This document shows positions 43,168-52,931 of a DNA stretch of 64,000 bases, one piece after another (position 1 is the stretch's first letter; every line of letters begins with the position of its first letter). Source of the DNA: an uncultured Acidobacteriota bacterium. GTDB lineage: Bacteria; Acidobacteriota; Terriglobia; Terriglobales; Acidobacteriaceae. Under the pieces are notes generated by a model. That model made no database searches. It was not told the origin of the DNA and saw only the letters and a program-made list of their open reading frames with translations. The position numbers were made by a program, and so were the translations under genes. The DNA lies in assembly GCA_963820895.1 (NCBI GenBank), contig CAWGBW010000004.1:10023-74022 (forward strand), read 5' to 3'.

Positions 43168-46100
43168 GTGAGACGCACCGTGAAGTGTAGGTCTGCCCAG
43201 CTCTCTAGCTCATACGCTTTCGCAATTCTCTTTTTCGCGATCCTGATGCAGAGCTTCGCATTGTCTGCACAGGACGTCGCAGCTGTCGCGACCAAACCGG
43301 CAGCCCGCATCGAGCTTTCCAAAATCGGCTACCACGAGCCTTCCCGCCTCGATCGTTTGACCGAGGACGAAGCGAGTGTTTCGCTGGCGTTCGCCGACCT
43401 AAATCATGTGCTGCTGGTTTTCAATCGCAAGGGAATCTTGCAGCGCCTTCCCGATTGTCCGCCGGACCACGACGATCGCATGATGCACGCCGTCGTTCTC
43501 GAGCTTCCAAGTGGAAGGGTTGTGAACGAAGCCGACTGGTACCTTCACGACCGGCGGCGTTTTCTATGGCAGCTCGGGCCCGGAAAGTTATTGCTGCGCC
43601 GAGGGAACGATCTTTACTCCGTCGACTCCACATTGCACCAGTCGCGATTGCTGAGTTCGTCCAGGAACTTGCTGTCGGTTTCCGTAACACCTGACGCCAG
43701 CCAGATCGTGATCGTCACGCCCGCCGTGGCGGATGCCGCCAGGGACGCAAGGCCGGCTTCCGCGGCTCCGACTCCGCCCGGTTTCGTTGCGCAGTTCCTG
43801 GATGCTACAACAATGGCTCCGCAGCAAACTGTTCCTTTGAGCAAGCCGGTACACCTCACCGCCACCAGCGCCGGATATTCCGATCTGGTGCACAAGGGCG
43901 ATGTCTGGATGCTTCGCTTCGGGGCAGGGACGGCGAAGCGCCGCAACCTGGTGCGCGTGCGCTCGCGCGTGGTGCCCGATGTGCTTTACCCCAGCAACAA
44001 CTCGTTCTTGATTGGCCGTTGTGCGACGTCGAACTGCGACTACAGCGTGACCGCGTTTTCGTTAACCGGACACCGCTTGTGGCAGCAACACTGGCCACGC
44101 TTGCGATTTTTTCCGGTGATCGCCCACACCGCCGACAACAGTCGTTTCGCGGTCAGCTCGCTGCAGCTCACTCCTTATTCAACGGTCAAAACCAACAACG
44201 ACCCTTCAAATGAAAAGGACGCTCTGCTGCCCGACGCTGCCGAAGTCGACGCCTTCCAGCAGACCGTTCAAGTCTTTGACACGGCTACCGGAGACGTTGC
44301 GTTATCGGTGCCTGTAAGCCCCGCGGTGATCGGAGAAAATTACGCATTCTCTTCCGACGGACGCCGTCTGGCGGTCCTGCAAGGCTCTGACCTGGAGTGG
44401 TTCGACGTGCCAGTCGCATCCGAACAGGAGCAGGCCAAGTTCGCTGCGCTCAAGGCCGATGTTCCCGATCTCAATGCACTCGGCATGGCTGCAGATTCCG
44501 CTTCAGCACCGGATTCCGCAACGGGCATTACATCGGCGGACGCGACGCCCGCGCCCTTAGCAACAGATTCTGCCGCGCCTCCAAATGACGCTGCTGCCGC
44601 CGCGGTAACTGCGACGGGCGTCCCACCCGCCGAGCCGCTCTCCACCATCCGGATCAGTACAAAGGCAGTCGTCGTCGATGTCGTAGTTACCGATAACCAG
44701 GGACGCCCAATCAAGGGACTGCATCAGCAGGATTTTCAGTTAGCGGAGGACGGCAAGGCTCAGGACTTGCGCTCGTTTCGGGAACTTCGCGGTCCCGACG
44801 ATCCGACTGCCGCCGACTTGGACCCTGCTCCTGCCGGTCCTCCGATGCCCAGGGCACCGTCCCCGAATGTTTTCAGCACTAGTCGCCGGATGCCCGATCC
44901 CGGATCGGTCACGATGATCCTGTTCGACATGCTCAACACACCTTCGCAGGATCAGGTGTATGCGCGGCAGCAGTTAATAAAATTTCTGCAGACGAAGCCG
45001 AAGAACATGCAGTTCGCGCTCTGCACCATGAGTGTCGGGTCGCGCCTGCGGCTGGTGCAGGGCTTTACACCGGACGAGAATGTGCTCGTGGCTGCGGCGA
45101 AAGGTAAGCGGATTTCTCCTAAAGAAGTTCGCTGGAACACTTCGACACAAGGCACCGAGAATGCCGTGACTGCGGTGAGTGCGCTCGCAGGAGATCCAAC
45201 CAGCGGGTTTCAGGGACTGCTTTCGGCATTGCAGCAAACGGAAGTACAGGAACAAGTTGCGGACACAAATGAGCGTGCGGGCATCACGATGGATTCGATG
45301 ATGCTGCTCGCTGGTTATCTCGCCGGAATTCCCGGACGCAAAAATGTAGTGTGGCTCTCCGGTTCGTTCCCCATCTCGATCACCGCGACCAACAACTCCG
45401 GTAATCCGGCCGTCGATAATCCGAACTATTCCTCGAAGATCAAACGCGTCACGAACCTGCTTGCCGAAGCCCAGATCGCCGTGTACCCGGTGGACGTTCG
45501 GGGATTGACGACCAATGGCATCGGCGCCGACAGCGCGGGAGGCATGGGAGGTCCATCCAACATGAGTCCGCAGGATTTTTCAGCGGGCAGCGTCATCTCT
45601 CCGGCTGCCGTCATTCCGCAAGACATGCAGGCTATGGGCCAGCACGCGGCTGAACGCGACACCCTGGTGCAGTTTGCGCACGCAACTGGCGGCAAGGCCT
45701 TCTACAACTCGAACGGTATTCGCGATGCCATTGCGACGGCTGCCGAGCAGGGATCGAACTACTACACGCTGTCCTACACGCCGGCGAACAAGCTCTACGA
45801 CGGAAAATTTAGAAGGATCAAAGTGCAGTTAGCAGAGAAGGGATACACGCTTCATTACCGCCAGGGATACTACGCGGACGATTCCAACTCGATTGCCAGG
45901 GATACGGTGCTTGCCCGCAGGACACGCGCGGTTGCGATGCAGCATGGCTCTCCGCCGTCGCGTCAGCTTCAGTTTGCGGCGATGGTAGCGCCCATCGGAA
46001 GCAAACGGAAGATTGACCGTGCCAAACTGGGCGACAGCCTCACCGCCGCGCAGAAAACGCCGACCCTGCCTGAGCAGGTCGAAGCCCAGCACTACATCAT

Positions 46101-46455
46101 CGATTACACGCTGGAGGGATCGGAACTGCGCTTCATCCTGCAACAGAATTCGACCTTGCGCAACTCCCTCACGTTAATGGTGGCCTCGTTCGATCGCGAT
46201 GGGAAAATGCTTAGCGGAACCTCAAGCGTCGGCATCAATGACCTGCAGCCCGCCGCTTACGAGAAAGTAATCGCCGGCGAATTCGGCGTGCAACAGGAAG
46301 TGGACGTACCCGTCGATGCAACGTCGCTTCGCATCGGCATTCAGGACCAGATGAGCAATCACATCGGCACAATCGATGTGTCGCTGCCCGTTCCGGCGAT
46401 TGCGAATTTAGCCCGTCATAATAAGAGCCCGGTGCCAGAAATCGAACCTGACTGA
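43168..46455 (+). CDS. Large secreted VWA protein (acidobacterial VWFA-related domain)
   Basis: 1095-aa ORF. After the signal peptide there is a ~480-aa N-terminal region, then STIRISTKAVVVDVVVTDNQGRPIKGL.. and a VWA-like core. The start may be the GTG at 43180. Confidence 0.85.
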   Translation: MRRTVKCRSAQLSSSYAFAILFFAILMQSFALSAQDVAAVATKPAARIELSKIGYHEPSRLDRLTEDEASVSLAFADLNHVLLVFNRKGILQRLPDCPPDHDDRMMHAVVLELPSGRVVNEADWYLHDRRRFLWQLGPGKLLLRRGNDLYSVDSTLHQSRLLSSSRNLLSVSVTPDASQIVIVTPAVADAARDARPASAAPTPPGFVAQFLDATTMAPQQTVPLSKPVHLTATSAGYSDLVHKGDVWMLRFGAGTAKRRNLVRVRSRVVPDVLYPSNNSFLIGRCATSNCDYSVTAFSLTGHRLWQQHWPRLRFFPVIAHTADNSRFAVSSLQLTPYSTVKTNNDPSNEKDALLPDAAEVDAFQQTVQVFDTATGDVALSVPVSPAVIGENYAFSSDGRRLAVLQGSDLEWFDVPVASEQEQAKFAALKADVPDLNALGMAADSASAPDSATGITSADATPAPLATDSAAPPNDAAAAAVTATGVPPAEPLSTIRISTKAVVVDVVVTDNQGRPIKGLHQQDFQLAEDGKAQDLRSFRELRGPDDPTAADLDPAPAGPPMPRAPSPNVFSTSRRMPDPGSVTMILFDMLNTPSQDQVYARQQLIKFLQTKPKNMQFALCTMSVGSRLRLVQGFTPDENVLVAAAKGKRISPKEVRWNTSTQGTENAVTAVSALAGDPTSGFQGLLSALQQTEVQEQVADTNERAGITMDSMMLLAGYLAGIPGRKNVVWLSGSFPISITATNNSGNPAVDNPNYSSKIKRVTNLLAEAQIAVYPVDVRGLTTNGIGADSAGGMGGPSNMSPQDFSAGSVISPAAVIPQDMQAMGQHAAERDTLVQFAHATGGKAFYNSNGIRDAIATAAEQGSNYYTLSYTPANKLYDGKFRRIKVQLAEKGYTLHYRQGYYADDSNSIARDTVLARRTRAVAMQHGSPPSRQLQFAAMVAPIGSKRKIDRAKLGDSLTAAQKTPTLPEQVEAQHYIIDYTLEGSELRFILQQNSTLRNSLTLMVASFDRDGKMLSGTSSVGINDLQPAAYEKVIAGEFGVQQEVDVPVDATSLRIGIQDQMSNHIGTIDVSLPVPAIANLARHNKSPVPEIEPD

Positions 46456-46538
46456 GTATCGCCGGCGTCCCGCGCTCGCGGCGAGGAAGTATCGAGAACG
46501 CGTCGAAGGTTTTCAGGGGAAACAAGCTGACAAAATGA

Positions 46539-46560
46539 AGAGGCGCCCGAGAGCGCCTCT
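46539..46560 (-). terminator. Hairpin terminator for the fasciclin gene
   Basis: AGAGGCGC-N6-GCGCCTCT. On the minus strand it is followed by TTCATTTTGT. Confidence 0.5.
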
Positions 46561-46583
46561 GGTCCGAGATGAAAGCCTTCAAA

Positions 46584-47141
46584 CTAGGGCAGCAGCACGC
46601 TATCAATCACGTGGATCACGCCGTTCGACTGCGTGACGTTTGCGATCGTAACCGTTGCGGTGCCGCCTTTCTCGTCCTTCAGCACGATGTTGCCTCCCTG
46701 CATCATGGCTTCGAGCTTGCCGCCCTCGACGGTCATCAACGTTGCCGTGCCGTGTCCTTCCTTGATCTTTTTCGCAAGATCGTCGGATGTCACTTTTCCG
46801 GCTACGACGTGATAAGTGAGAACCTTGGTCAGCTGGTCCTTGTTTTCGGGCTTCGAGAGCGTATCCACGGTGCCCGCGGGCAGCTTGGCAAAAGCTTCGT
46901 TCGTCGGAGCAAAGACGGTGAACGGTCCCGCACCTTGCAGAGTGTCAACCAATCCCGCGGTTTTCACGGCCGCGACTAAAGTCGTGTGATCATCCGAATT
47001 CACCGCATTCTGGACGATGTTCTTCATCGGAGACATGTCGTGCCCGCCCACCATGGGATTTTGCGCCAGGGTGGAACCCACGAACGTCATTGCAAACAAC
47101 ATGAGCAAACTTGCGAAAGCCCTGTTTTTCATTTTGAACAT
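46584..47141 (-). CDS. Fasciclin domain protein
   Basis: ORF trimmed to the ATG at 47141. Contains TLVAAVKTAGLVDTLQGAGPFTVFAPTNEAF and VIHVIDSVLLP. Confidence 0.85.
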   Translation of the reverse strand: MFKMKNRAFASLLMLFAMTFVGSTLAQNPMVGGHDMSPMKNIVQNAVNSDDHTTLVAAVKTAGLVDTLQGAGPFTVFAPTNEAFAKLPAGTVDTLSKPENKDQLTKVLTYHVVAGKVTSDDLAKKIKEGHGTATLMTVEGGKLEAMMQGGNIVLKDEKGGTATVTIANVTQSNGVIHVIDSVLLP

Positions 47142-47320
47142 TTCCTTTCGTTTTTCCTGCTTCGCTTCAAGTACGGGCTCTCGAGCGTGCCGGATTGCAA
47201 CTCTCAAAGTTGGAATTCTCGCAGTGAAAAAAATCTGCGCAAATTTGAAAGGATATGTCGATCGCCGTCTCTGGACCCCATGCCGAAGAGTCCGAGACGC
47301 AAAAGGAAACTGGCCGACCT

Positions 47321-47512
47321 TTATGCCGCCTTGTCCGGCTCTCCGGATTTATCTCCTGCCGGCTTCTCGTCCGTAGTCATCGCAGCTTTGAATCCGCGAA
47401 TGCTCTCGCCCAGCCCTTTGCCCAGTTCCGGCAATTTCTTCGGTCCGAAAACAAGCAGTGCGATGCCAGCGATGATGATCACGTGCATTGGTTGAAATAA
47501 GCCTTCGAGCAC
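47321..47512 (-). CDS. tatA: Twin-arginine translocase subunit TatA/E
   Basis: GTG start at 47512 after GAGGAGAG. Contains IIIAGIALLVFGPKKLPELGKGLGESIRGFK. Confidence 0.8.
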   Translation of the reverse strand: MLEGLFQPMHVIIIAGIALLVFGPKKLPELGKGLGESIRGFKAAMTTDEKPAGDKSGEPDKAA

Positions 47513-47730
47513 GATTTCTCTCCTCAATGCAGGCACGAGCGTTCCAAGGACAGGCTGGCGCCTGTTCGAAGAATTCTGCACATGCGTATGCACTTTATTG
47601 CACTCTTCTGCGACTAGGGAACCTCGTAGAAAATCTGCAACTGCTGAGCTAAACGTCCGAATCCCAGAATAATTCCATAAATTTCCGAAAGTTTAGAAAT
47701 CCAAATCGCCGTCCGCCTCGTACCCATTGA

Positions 47731-47943
47731 GCGTTACAGAAGTCTCGCGTTCCACACAGAAATTGCGCGAGGCGTGCCGGACTAGGGAATGTCGTGATCG
47801 CCGGTCATCGCGACACATTCTTTCGCCGCCTTCGCGAAGTGCAGGTCGGAGACAAGATCCTGATCCAGCGCAGCGGACACGACTACAACTATGGACCGGC
47901 GCCGAAGAGACTGGTGATCGAAGTTCGGCCTGTCTCGTCGTAG
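47731..47943 (+). pseudogene. Internally deleted sortase-like remnant
   Basis: Hand translation gives ..GLGNVVIAGHRDTFFRRLREVQVGDKILIQRSGHDY|NYGPAPKRLVIEVRP*. The catalytic TxxC region is missing, and there is no start codon. Confidence 0.45.
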
Positions 47944-48194
47944 TCGCCCGCTTGGAGTGGCGTCAAACGCTTTTGTTGGGCAAGCTAAGCTCGAACGTCC
48001 GGATCGCCGATAGTCGTAGAGAGAGTTTTAAGGGTAGTTGAACGAGATTGGGAAAGGGAGACACGGTCGCTGACACTCCCCCTCAATCCTTTGCCCGGCT
48101 GTGTGCGGCCTGTTCTGAATTCGGGGGAAGGAGGAACAGGAAAACCCAGCCGGGCGAAGGGAATCCTTCGCATTTCCCGCTTCCCCTGACGAGC

Positions 48195-48581
48195 CTAATA
48201 TTCTGCGACTCTGACGATTCGATCGTTCTTCGTTTCGAAAATGGCAACGCCATTCCGCTCGATCTTCTTCATTGCGCCGGCCTCGTCGGGCATGGAGTAG
48301 CGCAACGTCGTCTCTGCCACCGAAAAGTTCGAGCCATGAAAAATTCTCTTGATCGTGATTCTTGCGTCACGTCCTTCCCGCAAGTGCGCCACCATCCCAC
48401 TCCTCGCTTCATCGAGTGTCATGGTCACCGATGCAGCAGGATGCTCGTACTGTCCGCCATCTGCAAACAATGAGAGAAGTTCGTCAACTTTTGCCGATGT
48501 CCCCCGTTGATCGAGCAACTGCTCGCGAAGCCGAAAAAAATTCCTTATCAATTTTTCATCGGATTGCGTTCCGTGGCTCAA
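48195..48581 (-). CDS. NTF2-like (SnoaL-like) protein
   Basis: 128-aa ORF with a TTG start. A signal-peptide-like ORF lies just upstream in another frame. Confidence 0.55.
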   Translation of the reverse strand: MSHGTQSDEKLIRNFFRLREQLLDQRGTSAKVDELLSLFADGGQYEHPAASVTMTLDEARSGMVAHLREGRDARITIKRIFHGSNFSVAETTLRYSMPDEAGAMKKIERNGVAIFETKNDRIVRVAEY

Positions 48582-49006
48582 TACGAGAACTGGGTGGGCG
48601 GTTCTGGGCGTCTACGTGAGATGCGGCTGCACACAATAGAACGACGAGAATGAACCGCGATAGTTTTGCAGGCGTAAGAGGCGTCATTTGGCTTCGACGG
48701 ACCGGCCAATAATGCGTTAGCCACGAGGTCAGATTGCAGGGACAACCGGTCCAAAGCTTTTTAGAACGCATTTATCAGTTAAATCCGACCAGGGCGAAAT
48801 CTGATTCCATCGTTTCCGAGCGTGGGATAAATGTTGTTCGCAGCGAAAATCTCAACCAAAACTGCCCCTTTGCATAAAAACCGCTTTTAGCTGCTGACCT
48901 TAGGTATCTTTTTTACTCGCCGGGTTGCAAACCTTCGAGTCCACGCCACAAGTCTAGGAACTTCGCGAATCTTCCTTGATTTCGCAACCCACGGCAGCAT
49001 GGAGAG

Positions 49007-49582
49007 ATGAAGCCCTATCTGTCCCCCATCCTGCTACTTATACTCGCTTCTTCCTTCATGGAGGCCAGCATTTCGATTGTCACCAAGACTGTGCCCAACG
49101 GCACGGTGAATACCCCCTATTCTGCGGTCATCACCACCAGCAATGCGTGCGCATCCGCGTCTTGGACGATTTCTTCAGGAACACTGCCAGCCGGTATTAC
49201 GAAGAAAGCCTCAAACAAGCCGGTCTCTCTGACGCTCACCGGCACTCCCACCAACGCCGCGACATCTTCTTTCTCGGTTACAGTCACCAGTTGCGGTCAT
49301 TCGTCGACGGTAGCTTATAAGGTGACCATCCAGTCTTCAGCGAACCATGTTGTGGATCTGAGTTGGAATGCGTCCACCTCGAGCGACGTTACTGGCTACA
49401 ACGTTTATCGCAGCCCCGATGGTGCGTCATGGAAGAAGCTCAACGCCGGTCTCGTCGCGTCCACGCTCTACACCGATTCGACAGTCGCAAACCACAGCAC
49501 GTACTACTACGCAGCGACGTCCGTCAATGTGTCCGGCAAGGAAAGCAGCAAGACGCAATCCATAAAAGCAGTCGTCCCGTAA
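49007..49582 (+). CDS. Secreted protein with a putative Ig domain and a fibronectin type III domain
   Basis: Signal peptide. Contains LPNGTVNTPYSA...GTLPAGI and VDLSWNASTSSDVTGYNVYRS...YYYAATSV. Confidence 0.7.
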   Translation: MKPYLSPILLLILASSFMEASISIVTKTVPNGTVNTPYSAVITTSNACASASWTISSGTLPAGITKKASNKPVSLTLTGTPTNAATSSFSVTVTSCGHSSTVAYKVTIQSSANHVVDLSWNASTSSDVTGYNVYRSPDGASWKKLNAGLVASTLYTDSTVANHSTYYYAATSVNVSGKESSKTQSIKAVVP

Positions 49583-49749
49583 TCCTTCTGATATCGGAAG
49601 TATGAGATCGGGGTTCGAGGAGACCCGCCCAATACTTGGGCGGGGATTCGTCGCATGCTAACCTCCCAATACTTCGGACGGGGACCTCATTTTCGATCGT
49701 CTTGCGCCTGTGATTCGATTCCACCGATAGCCGAGCGAAGGTATATTGC

Positions 49750-50040
49750 ATGTTGCCGAAAAAATTCACTGCGAAACTGAAAAAGAGTTCCAGTAAAGGT
49801 GGGTGGACTTATTTGGTCTGGCCCGATTCGGTCGACTTCTTTGGAACGCGTGGCTTGGTAAAGATCAAAGGAAAGATTGATGGGCATCCCTTCCAGAGTT
49901 CTTTCATGGCGAGGGGCGACGGCACGCACATGCTGCCGGTGAAAGCTGCAACTCGCCAGGTCATCGGGAAGGACGTTGGCGATAGCGTGAATGTCCTGTT
50001 GGAGAAACTCATCGGCGCCACTCCTCGCAAGAAAAAGTGA
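49750..50040 (+). CDS. DUF1905 domain protein
   Basis: [48 protein letters not shown]. Confidence 0.75.
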   Translation: MLPKKFTAKLKKSSSKGGWTYLVWPDSVDFFGTRGLVKIKGKIDGHPFQSSFMARGDGTHMLPVKAATRQVIGKDVGDSVNVLLEKLIGATPRKKK

Positions 50041-50238
50041 TCTTGTTGTTGTATCGTGTGGCTGGTCCTCGCATTGATACCCCGTCCTGCCTAACCCGCA
50101 AGCTTGCCCGGATTAGAACCAGGAAGCCTAGCGTGCTCCTAAATACGCGCCCTTGACGGAAATCAGGAACTGGAGGGGCGGATGTATGGACGGTTGGCGC
50201 ATTCAAGCCGCTTTGCCGTGACTGAGGCGATTTGATAG

Positions 50239-50655
50239 CTACTGCCGCTTAGGATAGAAGTGAGCCGTCTCTTGCTTGCTGTTCGGATCGTAGTGAGTGT
50301 AGGTCACGTGATGGTCGCCGGCGGCGATCGGTTCGACGTCGGCGGGGATGATCCAGATTTTCCCGGGATCGATGGGAATAGTGTTGTCGTAGAGAATCGT
50401 CTGTCGCTCAAACCTGGCTTTGCACTGATTACGCTCTAGAGTTGCAGCCTGTAAGGCGGCCTTCGTGCTTGCCAGTTGAGCTGCCACCGGGTTTCTTGCC
50501 AGGTCAGCAGAAAATTTCTGCTGCGCTGCTTTTTCAGCGGACTCGGCCGCAGCCCGCTTCGCACTGGGTATAAGGAAGAAATAGAAGAACAGAAACGTGA
50601 TGAAGCAGCCCACTGCGAAAGCGAGCACGTACGCCTGCCACAGGGTCTTTTCCAT
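50239..50655 (-). CDS. Membrane-anchored hypothetical protein
   Basis: ORF trimmed to the ATG at 50655. One N-terminal TM segment. Confidence 0.5.
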   Translation of the reverse strand: MEKTLWQAYVLAFAVGCFITFLFFYFFLIPSAKRAAAESAEKAAQQKFSADLARNPVAAQLASTKAALQAATLERNQCKARFERQTILYDNTIPIDPGKIWIIPADVEPIAAGDHHVTYTHYDPNSKQETAHFYPKRQ

Positions 50656-51020
50656 CACATCGCCGGTTTCACTGGTTTCAAACAATTCCGCCTCCCTCGA
50701 GGCAAGTCAGGATCGCGCGAATGGAAGATCGCCCGCCATCGGCGCCAAACGCCAGAATACTGGCCAAATCGTAGGCACGTCTCCCACGCAAGTCAACGTT
50801 AACGGCATCAGGCTGATGATTCGATAGCAGTGCCGGCGGGTGGCCCGAGGGCGGGGTGGCCCATTCAAGCCTGCCTTTGGCTTGAGTGGGGCAATTCCTC
50901 TCTTTGTGACATCTTGTGACATCCGACCTTGCTTCCTGCCCCAATCGCGTCCGATCATCATCGCAGATGCAGCTAGGACGGCCACGACATCCAGGTGATC
51001 GACGCTAACTCTCAATTCCG

Positions 51021-51111
51021 CAATATTTTACGCATAAGTCCTTTGGATCCAATATTTTGCGTACGCGAAATGCGTCTCGATCGCGTAAGCCCTTAGGAAT
51101 CAATATTTTGC
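51021..51111 (+). repeat. Direct repeats upstream of rpiA
   Basis: CAATATTTT(A/G) at 51021, 51050 and 51101. The 30-nt units CGCATAAGTCCTTTGGATCCAATATTTTGC (51031-51060) and CGCGTAAGCCCTTAGGAATCAATATTTTGC (51082-51111) match at about 25 of 30 positions. Confidence 0.45.
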
Positions 51112-51186
51112 CGGAGGCAATCTCAAAAAGAAAGAAGCAGCCATCCGGATTCCACTCCGACCGCTTGCTGGTTCCCCGATGGCAAA

Positions 51187-51891
51187 GTGGCGGAGTATAT
51201 ATTGATAGGCCGAATGGGGAACGATCAGGAAAAGGAAGCGGCGGCGCGGGCGAGTTTGCAGTTTGTGCAGGACGGCCAGGTTGTCGGGCTCGGCACCGGG
51301 TCGACCGCGGCCTACTTCATCAAGCTGCTTGGCGAAAAAGTTAAGAAGGGATTTCGTGTCCGCGGAATTCCGACTTCGGTCCGCTCGCGCGATCTTGCGG
51401 AGAGTCTCGGGATTCCGCTGACCACGCTCGACGAGTGCCAGGAGATCGCGGTCACTGTCGACGGGGCCGATGAAGTCGATCCGCAGTTGCGGCTGATTAA
51501 AGGTGGTGGCGGGGCGCTGCTGCGCGAAAAGATTGTGGCCTCGGCGACCCGGCAACTCGTCATCGTTGCTGACGCTTCGAAGCAGGTGCAAAAGCTGGGC
51601 AAGTTTCCACTGCCGGTCGAGGTCATCCGATTCTCGCAGGCGCTCGTGGCAAAGCGCATTGCTGCACTCGGCGCGGACGTTCAATTGCGAGTGGATGGCG
51701 CGGGTCAGCCGTACATCACCGACGAAAACAATCACATCCTCGACTGCCGTTTTGGAGAGATCGCCGATGCGGATTTGCTCGCGCGCCAGTTGAGCGATAT
51801 GCCGGGAGTCGTCGAGCACGGGCTGTTCATCGGGATGGCCAGCGTGGTTCTGTTCGCGCGAGGATCCGAGATTGTCGAGTTGCGCCGGTAG
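51187..51891 (+). CDS. rpiA: Ribose-5-phosphate isomerase A
   Basis: VGLGTGSTAAYFI, DGADEVD and LIKGGGGALLREKIV. The start may be the ATG at 51214. Confidence 0.9.
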   Translation: MAEYILIGRMGNDQEKEAAARASLQFVQDGQVVGLGTGSTAAYFIKLLGEKVKKGFRVRGIPTSVRSRDLAESLGIPLTTLDECQEIAVTVDGADEVDPQLRLIKGGGGALLREKIVASATRQLVIVADASKQVQKLGKFPLPVEVIRFSQALVAKRIAALGADVQLRVDGAGQPYITDENNHILDCRFGEIADADLLARQLSDMPGVVEHGLFIGMASVVLFARGSEIVELRR

Positions 51892-51997
51892 GCTTGGTAC
51901 AGGCATTCTGCTAGTAGACTTCGCGGGCTGAAACAGATTTCTCGCCTCGCTCGGAATGCGGATCATTCCTGACGCGGGCAATCATCAAGCACATCAG

Positions 51998-52885
51998 ATG
52001 GCCGTGGCAGCACAGACCGGGGAATGGGTAGGGCCGTCGCGCAGACGTGTGCCCCGATTTCGCATCCAGGCGCCGCTTGACGTGAAGGTGTCCCGCTCGG
52101 GCGTCAGCGACACGGTTCCCGGCCGATCCGTAAATGTTTGTGAGCGCGGCATTGCAGCGATGCTTGCGGGAGAACTTGTGCCCGGCGAGACCGTCGAAGT
52201 TGAAGTGCAGCTTTCCTCTGCGGGTGCGCCTTTGCGGACCACTGCCACCGTTCGCTATCTCGACAAGCTGCGCTGCGGATTCGAGTTCACCGAGTTGTCC
52301 GCCGACCAGCGTGCTGCGATTCGCGATTGGGCAAAGACCGAAAAAGCCGAGACCGAAACGATATCTGTATCCACGCCATCCGTACGAACGATCAAGGTCA
52401 GGCAGGCGGGCGCAGGAGACTCGAGATCTTCGTTCGCTGGTGGCGGTTCAGGCTCGAAAAAGAAATGGCGCATGATTGCGTTGATCGCAATGGTCGTGAT
52501 CGCCGGGTTCATCCTCGGAGTCTTCTGGTGGAGATGGAATCGCGGCTGGGACGAACTCGAGTCCGGGCTGAAGATTCAACCCACAACCGAGGGTGGCAAA
52601 ACGCGGGTCCAGGTTCCGACCGAAGTCATGCAGAAGCTGCTGGTCCACCGCGTCGATCCCATTTATCCGGCGGAAGCGCGCAAGGACAGTCTGCAGGGCA
52701 TCATCGCCCTCGACATTTTTGTTTCGCAAGATGGCTCGGTCATCGGCATGCGTGCCCTCAACGGCCCGGATATCCTGGCCAAAGCCGCGATGGATGCATT
52801 GCGCTGGTGGAAATTCTCACCTTACCGTGTGAATGGAGAGCCAGTAGAAATCGAAACGACCGTTGCCGTGGAATTCAAACGCTGA
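51998..52885 (+). CDS. PilZ domain - TM - TonB C-terminal domain fusion protein
   Basis: N-terminal RRRVPRFRI...NVCERGIAA (PilZ), one TM segment (MIALIAMVVIAGFILGVFWW), and a C-terminal VDPIYPAEARKDSLQGIIALDIFVSQDGSV (TonB_C). Confidence 0.75.
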   Translation: MAVAAQTGEWVGPSRRRVPRFRIQAPLDVKVSRSGVSDTVPGRSVNVCERGIAAMLAGELVPGETVEVEVQLSSAGAPLRTTATVRYLDKLRCGFEFTELSADQRAAIRDWAKTEKAETETISVSTPSVRTIKVRQAGAGDSRSSFAGGGSGSKKKWRMIALIAMVVIAGFILGVFWWRWNRGWDELESGLKIQPTTEGGKTRVQVPTEVMQKLLVHRVDPIYPAEARKDSLQGIIALDIFVSQDGSVIGMRALNGPDILAKAAMDALRWWKFSPYRVNGEPVEIETTVAVEFKR

Positions 52886-52931
52886 TTGGGTTGGTGGCGT
52901 GCGACTTTGGTGGGGCAAGATTACGCGGGGA

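Noticed and set aside
47727-48041. 104-aa plus-strand ORF in the gap downstream of tatA
   Set aside because: It is Arg/Ser-rich with no start context. A different frame of the same DNA gives sortase-like motifs, so the region is called a remnant instead.
51100-51981. 293-aa minus-strand ORF opposite rpiA
   Set aside because: It is antisense to a clear RpiA sequence.
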